Positions 1 through 31,607 of a stretch of DNA of 59,298 nucleotides are shown here, piece by piece. The notes under the pieces were generated by a model. That model did not search any database. It worked only from the letters and a program-made list of their open reading frames with translations, and was not told where the DNA came from. A program made the position numbers and the translations under genes. The stretch is from Aplysia californica (lineage: Eukaryota), in assembly GCF_000002075.1 (NCBI RefSeq), contig NW_004797669.1:288481-347778 (forward strand), written 5' to 3'. Every line of letters begins with the position of its first letter. Position 1 is the first letter of the stretch.

Positions 1-389
1 CCCCCCTTTCAGTTCCATAATAACAAATCAGATAAAGGATTTGTGTTTTAGTGTTACGTGTATTTCTTTCTTTCACGGCACATTATTATAGACTTCTTTC
101 AAGAAGTGACAGGGCCCATTATCAGCTAATCATGTGTAAAAAATTCTTCTTCTTTAAAAGGCAGATCTGAAACAGATATCTAAAACAGACATAGGCGATC
201 ACGGCTCGCCACTCTTTTCTCTGTTTGTATGCTCTAAAAAAACCCAGCTTAAGCTTTTTCTGGGTTTTTAAAAAATCAAACATCTGTTCAAGTTTGATAA
301 TTAAAACTTTTATCGCTGAGGTAAAAGGATAAGACAATCTTCACATGATCAATTTCAAAGTTTAAAGAGAACACGACACAACACCATAC

Positions 390-19393
<19,004 letters not shown>

Positions 19394-19568
19394 CTTCGAT
19401 CAACTATAGTTTCTCAAAGGTACAAGTATTATTCCTCCTGAGACAACAACACTAAGGCCTTGCACAGCAAGCGGCCATCTTGTTGTTCCTGTTGCTATGC
19501 TCCCGGGCATGCGTGGTTCGGCATTAGTTGCTGCATCCGATGTCAACATAACATTCCAACATGGCGGC
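19394..19568. promoter_or_regulatory. Bidirectional promoter of SPAG17/MECR
   Basis: 167 bp between divergent ATGs, CpG-rich. YY1-like AAGATGGCCGC on the minus strand (19471-19481) and AACATGGCGGC on the plus strand (19558-19568). RFX half-site GTTGCTATG at 19491. Confidence 0.75.
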
Positions 19569-20664
19569 CTCCATAGGAAAACATCCGTGCCGACTTTTGT
19601 GGAGGACAATCCTCTCAAACGGCATTCGTAAAACCCTAGTGCAAAGAGGTTTGAGTTCCTGCCAGTTGTTCATTGAGGAATGCGGGGATCCGAATGAGGT
19701 TCTGAAGAATGCTTCTATCGAAATTGCTTCTCCACTTGCATCACGCGAGGTTCTTGTGAAGATGATGATGTCGCCAATCAATCCATCAGACATAAACATG
19801 ATTGAGGGGACGTATTTTGTTCAACCTCCACTCCCCGCTGTTATGGGAAACGAAGGGGTAGGAAAAATCGCTGGTGTTGGGAAGGATGTCAGAGGGCTCA
19901 GTGAAGGGGACTGGATAATACCTGCAGATACAGCTTGGGGTACTTGGCGGAATTACAAAGTTGCACTTGAAGAAGATGTTATCAAGATACCGAATGACAT
20001 CCCTCTGCTGTCTGCTGCAACTCTTTCTGTGAACCCCTGTACTGCATATCGTATGCTAAAAGACTATGTGGACTTGAAAAGTGGTGATGTTGTCATTCAA
20101 AATGGTGCAAACAGTGGAGTAGGTATCAATGTCATTCAGTTGGCCAAAGAGTGGAATTTTAAGACTGTTAATATTGTTCGAGATCGTCCTGACTTTGAAA
20201 GACTGAAAAAGTATCTAATGTCTTTAGGTGCTGATTATGTGGTGACAGAGGAGTTTGTGCGAAAACCAGAAATGAAAAAGTTAATGAAAGACTTGGGCAG
20301 TAAGCCCAAATTGGCTTTCAATGGTGTTGGAGGAAACTCGGCTACAGAGCTGATCCGTTATTTGGGACAGGGTGGAGTAATGGTCACATATGGCGGGATG
20401 TCTCGAAGACCAGTGATGGCGCCAACAGGTGCCCTGATCTTCAAAGAAATCAAACTCTGTGGATATTGGAACACTCAGTGGAATCATCGTCACGCAGACG
20501 ATCTCTTGAGGTTCGAAATGTTAGCAGACTTGTGCAGTCTCATAAAGAAGGGAAAACTTTCCCCTCCACCTTGTGAATTCTACGCTTTGGAAGAGTATAA
20601 AGGTGCTATTAGACAGGCTACTGAGGGCTTCAAGGGAGGAAAGATGGTTTTTCAGATGGAATAA
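19561..20664 (+). CDS. MECR: Enoyl-[acyl-carrier-protein] reductase, mitochondrial (trans-2-enoyl-CoA reductase), single-exon ORF, 367 aa
   Basis: Uninterrupted ORF with a basic N-terminal presequence-like region. MDR/ETR1-family motifs are present: SPINPSDINMIEGTY (catalytic Tyr), GNEGVG, AATLSVNPCTAYRML, VIQNGANSGVG, TYGGMS and GYW. Confidence 0.96.
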   Translation: MAASIGKHPCRLLWRTILSNGIRKTLVQRGLSSCQLFIEECGDPNEVLKNASIEIASPLASREVLVKMMMSPINPSDINMIEGTYFVQPPLPAVMGNEGVGKIAGVGKDVRGLSEGDWIIPADTAWGTWRNYKVALEEDVIKIPNDIPLLSAATLSVNPCTAYRMLKDYVDLKSGDVVIQNGANSGVGINVIQLAKEWNFKTVNIVRDRPDFERLKKYLMSLGADYVVTEEFVRKPEMKKLMKDLGSKPKLAFNGVGGNSATELIRYLGQGGVMVTYGGMSRRPVMAPTGALIFKEIKLCGYWNTQWNHRHADDLLRFEMLADLCSLIKKGKLSPPPCEFYALEEYKGAIRQATEGFKGGKMVFQME

Positions 20665-21368
20665 GTCAATACAACTTTTATAAAAAATGATGACTCATCA
20701 TTGCATACTTGAAGCAATCACGATCTGTTACTCGATCAAAATGAATGCATAATTATAAAAGCCCTTGGGAAGTTAGTGAAAGTATCATGACCATTTTTCT
20801 CAGAGAATGATATTGAGAATCAAAAAGTATTGTACCAAGCCATCGTCTTATTTATAATGGAGTTTAATCCCTTGGAGTTTATATTTTTTTCAGTCTTGAA
20901 AACTGGTTATAAATAAATACCATGATAATTTTTTGGGTTAATTTAATCCCAAACATTATTTCACTGATGGTGTAATTGGATTTATTTTTTTTTGTGGTAA
21001 AGGTTGCTGTAACCATGATCTTGAGTCAGTAATTTTATGTGTTCAGAGCCACTAGATATTATTTTATATTACTACGGTACTTCTGATTTTCGTGACTATT
21101 TTATTGCACTTTTCATCAAGGTCTTGGCCAGATGGTGATACATGACATTGTACTGCAGGTATTGCTTTACATTTTTACAAACTGAATTTAGTTAAAAAAT
21201 CATTTCTTTGTAAAAACCCTAGTCACAGTTCAGTTTACCAAGTTCAGCTCAGCTCATATTCAGAGTCTGAGTGTCTGCTTGTTAGTTTTTACTTGGTAAG
21301 CTGATAACTTTTATTTGATCTGGTGCATAAATTTATGTGAATTCATCGAATGACATATATACGATATA

Positions 21369-22178
21369 CAGTGGAACTCGGATTCAACGAGAACTCGGAT
21401 TCAACGAAAGGAGATGGATTCCCCGTATTTTTTGTTCTTTAAAATAAAAAAAATCCCGGATTCAACGAGCACTTAAATCAGCAAGCTCAGATTCAACAAG
21501 GTCGTTTCCACGGTGAACAGCCCCCGCAGACGTGGCTTCGCTCATTTTTCTCCCACCAGTAACTTTGTCTATTCCCGGAAACCATCCAATGCACCTGCAT
21601 CGTGAACCTTTTTTAGGCTATTCACTTTGCCGATTGCATGCGACCAATCAGCGGCCTTTTTTCATAAAGGCATATATGCGTTGTTGGCACGCACCTGTCA
21701 AGTCTAGCATGTATCGAGGTCGGATGGGCGGCCTGCACACGTGTGACCGTGTGTCGGGGGGTGGGTGGAGGGGGGGGTCACCATCGGTCTGGCATGGAAC
21801 GCATCACAGTCATAGTCTTTTTCCCCAACTGATCATTATTACAATGATAAGCTAGACTTGACGTAGATCTATGTAATGAATATTGTGCATTGGTCTATGG
21901 AATCAAAAGTTGCTGTGTGCTAGGCTCTACACAGCAACACAACTTTTTGGCAAACAATCGAGATGACACAGGCGTGCATTTGAATGAATCTGTCTTTTTT
22001 TTAGCACAGCTCATAATATGCAGGCATTTCAGGCACCAATTGTTACTTCTCTTTATAATACATTACTTGCTCAGAGCTTATAATTTTCTACCCAAAACCT
22101 CATGTTTGTTATCACAAACTCTCGGATTCAATGAGATTTTAGGTCAGGCCTGGTGACCTCGGAATCCGAGTTCCACTG
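21369..22178. mobile_element. pogo/Tigger-type MITE
   Basis: TA|CAGTGGAACTCGGATTC ... GAATCCGAGTTCCACTG|TA, with repeated subterminal CGGATTCAACGA motifs. Confidence 0.88.
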
Positions 22179-25100
22179 TATATATGTCTGACAGAATCCA
22201 AACTTGATTGTAAGGGATTTCCAAAAGTGAAATGTCACATTGAAATTCTCTTGTTATACATTGAAATGTTATGCTTTTTAATACATTACTACATGTAAAC
22301 AGATAATGAAAAATTGTGACTTAGTCAAAGAATCTGTTTCTCACTTTAATGCTTGCAATTTTCTTTTCATTTTTAAGTAAAGCAATCGGATAAATGCAGT
22401 TGTTCAAGTGAAGTGCCTTATGATTAGAACTTGACAGTACCGTATGCTAAGCTCTTCCTGTGTAAATGTAGACATGCCAGGTCACTGGATGGTCAACCAG
22501 AATGTGTGTTCTACTTTGATGCTTTACCACCAGACCAGTCTGAAAACTGTTCCACTTGATGGTCTTCCAGTCTGCCACAATCCTCTTTACTAAACATTTT
22601 CCCTTGTGTTTACACAGATGTTTTGATTGTTGTACCATAGTCTGTCAGGGCGGAAGGTGGGGACCCCATTATCATGGCACACTGTCAACAAGTGGACTGG
22701 TTATCCTATAAAAATCTATACTTGTTGCCTATATATTTGAATTTGCCTCTAGTTCTAGAAGGAAGATCTTATTTTTGATGAGCACAGAACTCTGAAAAAG
22801 ACCCCTCTGTGCATTTTGAGAGATCAGTGGTTTTTAAGTTTTCAAATTTCTTGCATTTTATCTAATATTGTTACTTTTAATAGCATGCTGTAGGCTCTCT
22901 GTGTTGTACATTTTCCTAGCTGCTTACCTATCATTTTTTGTTTGGGGTGGGGTTCAGGTAATGTTAAGAGACTATTAGGGAATGACTTGCGAATGTACGC
23001 CATTTACTGAAGGAAAGTGTGCAGTTATTTATAATGCCCTTTTTTCCTGGAAACATGCATGCCACCTCCCCCTCCCCTCACACGTATACAGTCACACACA
23101 GATTCACCAAAAGAGCTCATGAATGCTTCAGTTCCTCCAATTTTCAAATATGCCCCGGTATATTGTGTATGACAGTGTATGGTATTAGTCGTCATCAAGT
23201 TTACCAAGGTTCTGTTGTGATAATGGAATATTGTGACGTACTACGCAAGGACTGATTGTACTGTGTTGTGTTCAAGTCATAATATTACATGGTATAGGTT
23301 TGTCCGAAGTTGTGAATCTTCTGTTCGAGTTCGAATGAAGATTGATAGAAAAGGTGAAATGGAAGTAAGTGAAAAAAGCTGTGTGAAAACGAAAAGTGAA
23401 AAGCTACAAAAGTTGTCAGTTTTCTTGATTTGGCAAAAGGAATCCTTCGCCATATCATTGGGGGTTTTTTTCACTTCTTTTACTTCATATGTTTTGTCTT
23501 TCCCTTGATGTTCTGGATACTGCTGTTGCTAGAAATGCCATACAATTATTTATTGGCCCCAACAAGTACACAAATGTCATATATATATATAATATATGAT
23601 TTTCTGACAAACATGCTACAGTGTATTGCATTTTCTGGAAATTTCTTCAAATTTGTTTTCAGGATTTTAAAATTTCCTGCACTGATTATAATTTTTTAAT
23701 TGAATTTTCTTAATTTGTTTTGATATTAAATTTGCTTACTTTGATTTCATGAACTGAATTATGTTTGGTCTAGATGTTTTTGAATATGATGATTGTCTGA
23801 GATCCTTGTGGACTATCTTCATGTTTTTGTTTTGTTTGACTGTAATGTTTGTAATATGTTTTCTGCTCCAACTATACAATTTAGATCATTTTGAGGATGG
23901 GCTGCTGAGTCAGATATTTACAACATCCTCATAGGCAGACTGAGATACGTTACTTGATGAAAAACCTTCCCCCCTCATGGGAATCGAAACTCATGCCATC
24001 TGCATGCTATGACAACGAAAAGCCTGACCTGAATGGAACAGAAAAAGACGGCAGATGAAATAAAACACACACGCAGACTAACTCTCCCATGTACATATGT
24101 GGTGTATTGTTCGTCTTTTTTCTTCTTCTTTTTTTTTAAACCCCAAATCTGGTCATATGACTCCACTTTTAAATTTTTAATATGATAATATGTTTGGGGT
24201 ATTATTTTTAAAAAAATAAGTGTAGGTGGTTGGAGGGTGCTCCGGTGTGGTATGCTCCTTCTTTCTTATAAAAAATCTCCCCTCCTTCTTTTTCGTGTTT
24301 GTTACTCTTTCTTGTAACACTTCTAATCTTCTGCACATATATGACCTTTTTGTGTTGCAAGTGCTGTAAAACTCTTACTAAAACTAAAAAAACTGTTTAA
24401 TAAGTAGGTGTTTTACTTAATGCCCCATCAACACAATTTGGATTATCATATAGGAGAGAGGCTTCAATCCTGCCTGTCAGAGACAACTGGTACTGAGAGG
24501 GATACAGCATTACAGCAGAGTGAGAGAGACTGAGATACTCAATATTAATTTGTCCCCACTTGGAAATCAGTTCAGGTCTGCGAGTGACAGCAAAGCGCCT
24601 CACAGTTCACAACCAGACATATTTGTATCCAGTAAAGTGCAAAGTATTATGCAAAAGTAGAAGCAAAGAATCCCTAGAGTTGGCACTGGTAGGGGTGTGC
24701 TGCTGTAAGGTCAGTTGATATCATGCTAAGCTATGGAACAGATGATCCCTTACTCAAAATCAGATCCCCTTTTGAAGTGGATGATATTTTTACACTTTAT
24801 TAGTCGTTTGGGTAGTTTTCAAAGCTCTCCATTTACAGTAAAACCCTTATGCTGTGATCTTTACTGGACTAGAGAATTTCTTCGTGTTTAGCAGATTTCT
24901 GATTTAGGAGAGTTTCAGTGCATGGAGTAAGGGAAGGGGGGGGGGGGGGGGGGGGGGGGGGAATTTGAAATCTTTTGTGGTACATTTAACAGGAATTTCA
25001 TGTTAAATGGCTTTACATTAAACGAAGTCTACTGCATTTGGTTCGATCCAGTCGGAAGTTAAAATTCAGAAATCCCTCCACAGGTGTTGTTGGTCTGTTG

Positions 25101-25215
25101 TACTGTACAACAATGATTGCAAATTAGCATGATACAGTCTCGCATGCATACAGCGAATCAACGGAGCATGGAAATCTTTTCGTTACATACTAATTTTCTT
25201 TTTTATATATATATA

Positions 25216-25999
25216 CAGTGGAAACCACATATAACAGGCCCGGTAATAACAGGGATCTGGCAATAACAGGGATTTTTAAAATCCCCGCTTTTTCCTACTC
25301 TTTGTCTCTATTAAAAGTCATCGGCAATAACAGGGCCTCATCGGAGCCCAACCGGTTATAGCAGGGACAAAGGCTCGTTAACAATGTGTAGAGAGAGAGA
25401 GAGAGAGAGTAACGCAGTAATGGAGCACGCTCACGCAAGCCATGCCACTGCAAGCACACGCGGTGTGTGAAGCGGGAGAGGGCTGCGTGTGCTGCAGACC
25501 TCGATCTAGCCCGAAACCTAGCAACACGCACGTGTAATGTGTCACCAACGATGTCAAGCGCAAGAGAAAATGCCTTTCAATTGACAAAAAATACTAAATA
25601 ATCCAGGCTGTTGACAAAAAGCAAGCTCCACTGGCAGAGATTTGTCGTCAGTTCGACTTTCCATAAGGGTCGTTTCACACCATTATAAAGGATAGAGAGA
25701 AAATAGTAGCAGCATACTCCAATGGAAAGTTTGCTCTGGATCGAAAGAAGATGAGACTACCAGATGCATATGCTGTGGACCAAGCTCTTCTGATGTGGTT
25801 TAAAGAGGCAAGGAAGGAGAAAATTGGTGCCAAAACATCTGTTCATGGGTACTTATGACAAGGGAAACTACCCATGAATAAGTACAGCTGGATTAGCCCA
25901 CAAATGCTTTCTTTCCTTGCATTTCTGATATAACAGGGATCGGATATAACAGGACATTTTCTCTACTCCCACCATCCCTGTTATATCAGGTTTCCACTG
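25216..25999 (+). mobile_element. pogo/Tigger deletion derivative with transposase N-terminal (CENP-B-type HTH) remnant
   Basis: TA|CAGTGGAAACC ... GGTTTCCACTG|TA with ATAACAGGG subterminal repeats. ~25556-25825 reads KRKRKCLSIDKKY*IIQAVDKK...EICRQFDFP*...RKKMR...VDQALLMWFKEAR. Confidence 0.9.
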
Positions 26000-28005
26000 T
26001 ACACATTTTAAAAATACCAAGAATATATAGGACTTATGTATAAAAAAAACCTAGGGACCTGAGAATTTGTTCGCTGTGTGTATGTGTTTCACTATCATGT
26101 GTGGTAGACTGTATTATTAATATTAGCCACATCTTAAGAGAAAAAGACGAAGAATAAACAATGATGATAGAAGTCAAAAGGTAAAGACATCATCATAACA
26201 CTCACTTATTACTTACTTCATCTGAACTACCTGTATACTCTCCTGAACCATTTCCATAACAAAAGACACAACTCCTTTAGAACTGTAAAAAGATTGTAAT
26301 TGTGTGAAATGATTTATAAAATTTTTAATAAAAGAAAATGACATGGTGGAGCACAGAAACATGGACAATAAATTTTTGTCTTCTTTCTCCATTTTTTCTG
26401 CTGCAACTGAGACTGAGATCCTTCTAACACACACACTCACGCACACACACAAACACACATACGCAGGCACACACAAAGATGCTACAGACATGCATATATG
26501 CATGCAAAAATACAAGTCCACTTATGCACAGAAGCACGCTTGAAATCCTTCATACAATCATACACACAAGTTATTATAACACTTGTTACTGCATCAGTTG
26601 TCTTCCATTCACCCCATTTTTCCACCATGTTCAATTATAATCAGTGTACATGAATTATGGATCGAAATAAATAAATAGTGCTGAAGTATAGGGCGTTTAT
26701 ACTAAAAATAATATACAAGGTCATATCGCGCCAGTCAAAATTCAGACGCCTGTCAATTCTACAAAGAGAAATGGATTTGCTTACACTTTTTACACTACTC
26801 TATTACTATATATGTGTGGCAGTCTGGGAAAACTTGGTGGAGGACACACAGATGTTGTCAACAAAGACAGTCTGAGATCCATTAAATTTTGGTATTCGTA
26901 TTCTACATATAGTTTGAAATTATATGAAGTGTACCTTATTTAGATTTGCATTGTTTAAAAATTATTTTTTTTTACCAAATTGGAATAGAATATAAAATGT
27001 TCTAATTTTTTTACATATCATCTTTTTTACTATGGTACCAGATGTACGAAAAATCTAAAGAGAATGTTTTAAAAAACTGGGAAATTTTGTTTCTGAAACT
27101 ATTTTAGAGTCTAGAGAACCTTTTCAAAGTTCATGAACCATGAAATATGTCTGCATTGCAAAAACAAAAAAGATGTTATTGAAATTAGATTATAATATAT
27201 TCAAAATAGACTTGTATACTCAAAACTTTTGGTTTGGCGTTAAACCTTTTGTAAAACATCCTTTTCCTTATATTCAGAACAAGGTAGACCTACATATCAC
27301 TTATGTGTTTAATTTTATACTGATGAAAGAAATTTCCTCCTCTGAAATGTATTCTTTTCAGATTTTCACTTCGCAGTTCCTAACCTGAAAGTAAAAGAGA
27401 AAATCTTAGTCATATATATGTGAAAATAAATACATGTATTTTCTAATGTGATGAGCAGGGAAATGATAGTGTTTTCCTATGATATAACACTATTGTTTTA
27501 AAGGGCTAAATAACGATGCTGGGTCTCTCTTCCCTAGACCATCACAACGTTAACTTTGTATTCACTCTGCTCAACAAATCCATCTTCACTCTCCTGAAGA
27601 AGAGTCACGGAAGTTGAGTAGCCTAATTCATATACCGATAAACCAGGTAATAATAGTTCCTACTGAACTCATACTCATACTCTTTCCTTGTGAAGGAAAT
27701 GTTTCAAAAGTAGAAAAACGTTCCCAGAAAAAGCCATAGAGAAAAATGTAATGAAAACTTGTCCAACTTTCTGAGTAAAATAGAAATGTATATATTGAAA
27801 ATAGTCAAAGACAACATGAGGGAGAGACACCGAAGAGATCATATACCAAAAAGTATAAGAGATTGTGTCTAGAGACATGGCTCCTTCAATAAAATTAAAG
27901 CAACAAATAGTTAGCGTATCAATATCTTTCACAAACATAAATAGTTTATCGAAAAATGTTCTTCAAACACACTCGCGCCCATTGCATGCAATAGTAATAG
28001 ATCTA

Positions 28006-28164
28006 CAGTAGAGTCCTCTTATACCAAAATGTAGGGGACTGCTGGATTTTTTTCAGTTTAGCCAGGTTTTGGTTTGGAGAGGTTAAACAAATCAGGGATT
28101 TTATTTTCTTTCGGTTTACTGCTGCTTTCAGAATAACCATGCTCAGTTTAAACAGACTCCACTG
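28006..28164. mobile_element. Short TA-flanked Tigger-like MITE
   Basis: TA|CAGTAGAGTC ... GACTCCACTG|TA. A related decayed copy lies at ~24836-25034. Confidence 0.6.
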
Positions 28165-28925
28165 TAAATAAATAATAAATTACATTAATGAAGGCAAACT
28201 ATGTATTTCTTTTCATACCTTTGCAAGTACTCAAGAAACAGTCTTACAAAATCTTCTACCACTACTGCTAGCTCTCAATTACACCTTTGAGCTAAAAGAA
28301 ATATATACATTCACCTTTTTCACCACAATCTCAAAATCTTAATCACATTGCACTCAACAAACATGTTGATCTATTTATTCCTCACAGGAATCTCAAATAA
28401 CATATTGGGAGACATTGCAAAATGTGAACTTGGTGGGTCAAGAGGATCTGAGTACATTGAGGAGAGAGAGAGAGAAATTTTTTTTTCTAAATCTCATTCT
28501 CACGTCAGAAAAAAAGAAGTCACATCTCAAAACCTCTGGCATTCTTCTTTGGGGTCAAAATTAAAGGAGACAAAACCTGAGCGTGGAAAAAAACCCTAAA
28601 AGTCATCAACTGATTAAACACTAGCAACCAAAATATTATAAAATCTATACTATAGGCCTACTCTTAATCCAGCTCTGTTTAATTAAGTACTTTTAAAATT
28701 TAAAGGCAAAGGCCACATCTCCAGGCACTTAAAAAACTCCCCTGCCACTTCTTTCTCCTTAAACAAAGGGATTTTTACTCAAATACATATAACATGGTAC
28801 AACAAATGTATTCTCTAAAAGTATTCTCACTAGCAAGTAAAGAGTTTGCTCTCTGGTTCGACTGGTCACTAGACATGAACTGGCAAAGACTAAAAAAAAA
28901 AGCAGATTCTGCCAGCAGCAAACTA

Positions 28926-29078
28926 CAGTATAACACAGATAGGTTGAACACTGAAGACTCAGAATCAAACATTCGTCAAACTGTACCTGCGGTCCCATTT
29001 TTTTTCTTCATCTTTATAAGATATCCCTCGATTCACCAAGGCCAGTCCCAATGAATTCAAGCTATCCGTGTTATACTG
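28926..29078. mobile_element. ~155-bp Tigger-like MITE, copy 1
   Basis: TA|CAGTATAACACAGATAG ... CTATCCGTGTTATACTG|TA. Confidence 0.8.
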
Positions 29079-29304
29079 TACGTTCATTTATAAATCACTT
29101 ATGTCACAAATACTGTCGTGTCACAAAGTGAACCGAATAATGTTCATTTATGAATCAGTCCTCACACAGTGAAGCAGCATAACAATAACGAGGTGCTGAG
29201 GCTTTTATAAATAATTTCAAATAGCCTTGCAAATGGTTAGAGAAATCTTTGACTATGTACAGGCAAGAACTGCACAGCAGCTCACATTCTACTAAAATTA
29301 TGAC

Positions 29305-29563
29305 ATGTGTCACTATGCCGTGGATTCGGGCTCTTAGCAATTTTGGGGGATGTAGAGTTATTCATATTGGTATCATCTTAAAGCTTTTTCACGTGTCTTG
29401 CTTTGGATGAAAAAAATATCCATTTATCTTGAATAGAAGTCGGGATATTTGCGAATGAAGGAGGTGGGGGTCACCTGGTTTCAAAGGTAAAATTAGTAAG
29501 AAAATGGTTTCCTCACGTTGATAAACTTTGACAAGTTCCTGATTTCACCACGCTGCCTCATAT
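29305..29563. mobile_element. Third copy of the same MITE, inverted and internally deleted
   Basis: Contains ggtatcatcttaaagc and the terminal caccacgctgcctcatata. Confidence 0.7.
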
Positions 29564-31449
29564 ATTATAAGAAATTAAAACAATTCATTCGATGTTAAGG
29601 AAATGAGCCCTAACACAGTTTAAAATCATTCCAAGCATTGACAACTGTACATTTTGCACAAATCACACTCAAACAACTACTTCCATCGCCATCTAAAGCT
29701 AAGAAATTTTCACACAAGCTTGCAACTGCAGCACCAGGAAAAAAGAGAAAATAGGCCTACCACAAATGTTTTTCTCTCTGCAGGGCACACCCAAAAACAA
29801 AAGTACACAATTAATGTCCAAGTTAGCCAAAGCCAAAATCGTAAAAAAGTGGAAAAGTCTTCTACGAAAGCTAAAAGAAAAAAATAGATGTATTCCAAAA
29901 CCAGATTATTACTACACAAGGTAAGAAAACATGTTCAATAACCATTGATCTTTCATGGTCAATTACGAGTAATGTAAAATAATTGTAAAGTTATTGTTGA
30001 AGTTTTTCACTCTGATCAACACTATTTAGGTCATATAGGAGGTGGGCTACTTTGTCCCTGCCTATCATGGTCAACATGGGAGAAGAGGGGTACAATGTCC
30101 CAATAGAAAGACACGGACAATAATCAATAAAAATTCTTTCCGCACGGAAATTGAACTGACGTCTTTTGCATGCAACAGCTGAGTGCCTAAACACTGCACC
30201 ACAGACACCAATGTCAATAACATAATAAATAATCATTCAAATGACAGTAAACAACATGACACGGTATGGCGGACGGGATTCTAAGTGAGGTAGGCAACAG
30301 TCAACTGTGAAGGCTGAAAGAAATGGACTTCTTGTGAATCTGGCTTGGCGGAAAAGAGTAAATAATCAGATTCTGCTAAAGTTTTTGACAAGGCTGAAAT
30401 ATTCCATGACAACAATCATTTTCTAAACTGTATAGAGCATAAAGGAGTGTATAAAGGATGCAAGAGGCTTGAAAGAAAAGGTTCAATTATTTACATGTAT
30501 AGTCAACTTTTCTTTTAGTTTTACCATCATTCTTTATCACAGAGAAAAGTGACCGTAAAGACAGGTATCTGCTATGAACAGGGTCTGAGTTATGACAACT
30601 TATTAAATGATGGTTTAAAATCTGAAATCTGATTTTTATCTTTACAGTTTACAGTTCATTTCCAGCAAAATTGCTTTTTATCATAAGAAGACCCTTTTGA
30701 ATTGACGGAACTAGCAGTCAGTCCGAGGACAGGTTGGTAGAAAACTTTTGTAGCAAGAAGCTACTGTGAGCAAGCTTTGAGGCCAACTTGTCGCAAAAAG
30801 GATGACCGTGGTTGCGTTGGGCAGGGACCACTATGAGCAGGTTAAAAATATTGGAAAAATGCAAGGGTTTCACAGAACAGTGGCCGTTTTTACAGGTGAC
30901 CACAATATAAAGAGGTAACCATTGAGGCAGGTTCGACTGTAATTGCTATTGCGAAAATGAAGAAAAAAGACTTCCTTCTCTGGGACAATTCAGAAGAATG
31001 CAGTGGCACGATTTACACACAATCTCACGGGAAAACTGATTTCCCAATGAATCGTCATTTTACAAGTGCAAATGTCCTAAATCTATCCTATGTCATGGTA
31101 GAGTCTGTACGTCGGTCTCATTTCAAACATGAATTATTCGTCTGAAATTTGATTATGACAAAATACATCATAACAATTGTGCTGTATCAGAATGCAATAT
31201 GAGACTGGGTGTAGCAAATTTTCATAATACAGATATAATTTTCAAACCATCAATAAACGGCTACATGTAAATGGAGTCAGAGCAGCAATATTCTCAGAGA
31301 AGAATGTCTCAACTTAATGTAAACTCATTGCCATTTATAATGAAGATTTGCGTTCCTCTGTTTTTCTTTCTGTAATCAACAGATGAGAGAGAACATTGCA
31401 CTCATCAATTATCATATTTCTATACATGTCTCCATAAATATTTTTACTG

Positions 31450-31607
31450 CAGTATAACACGGAGAGGTCGAACACAGAACACTCGAAATCACACATCTGT
31501 CGCACTGTGCCTGGGGTCCCAGTATTTTTTTCTTCTTTATCTTTGTAAGATATCCCTCGAACTACCGAGGCCGGTCCCGACAAATTCGAGCTATCCGTGT
31601 TACACCG
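31450..31607. mobile_element. ~155-bp Tigger-like MITE, copy 2
   Basis: Collinear with 28926-29078. Confidence 0.8.

Noticed and set aside
26690-27990. Possible exon-like acceptor (minus strand, ~27385) and an extra gene between MECR and TTLL2
   Set aside because: No sustained ORF or homology. It may be an unrecognised transposon fragment and cannot be supported.
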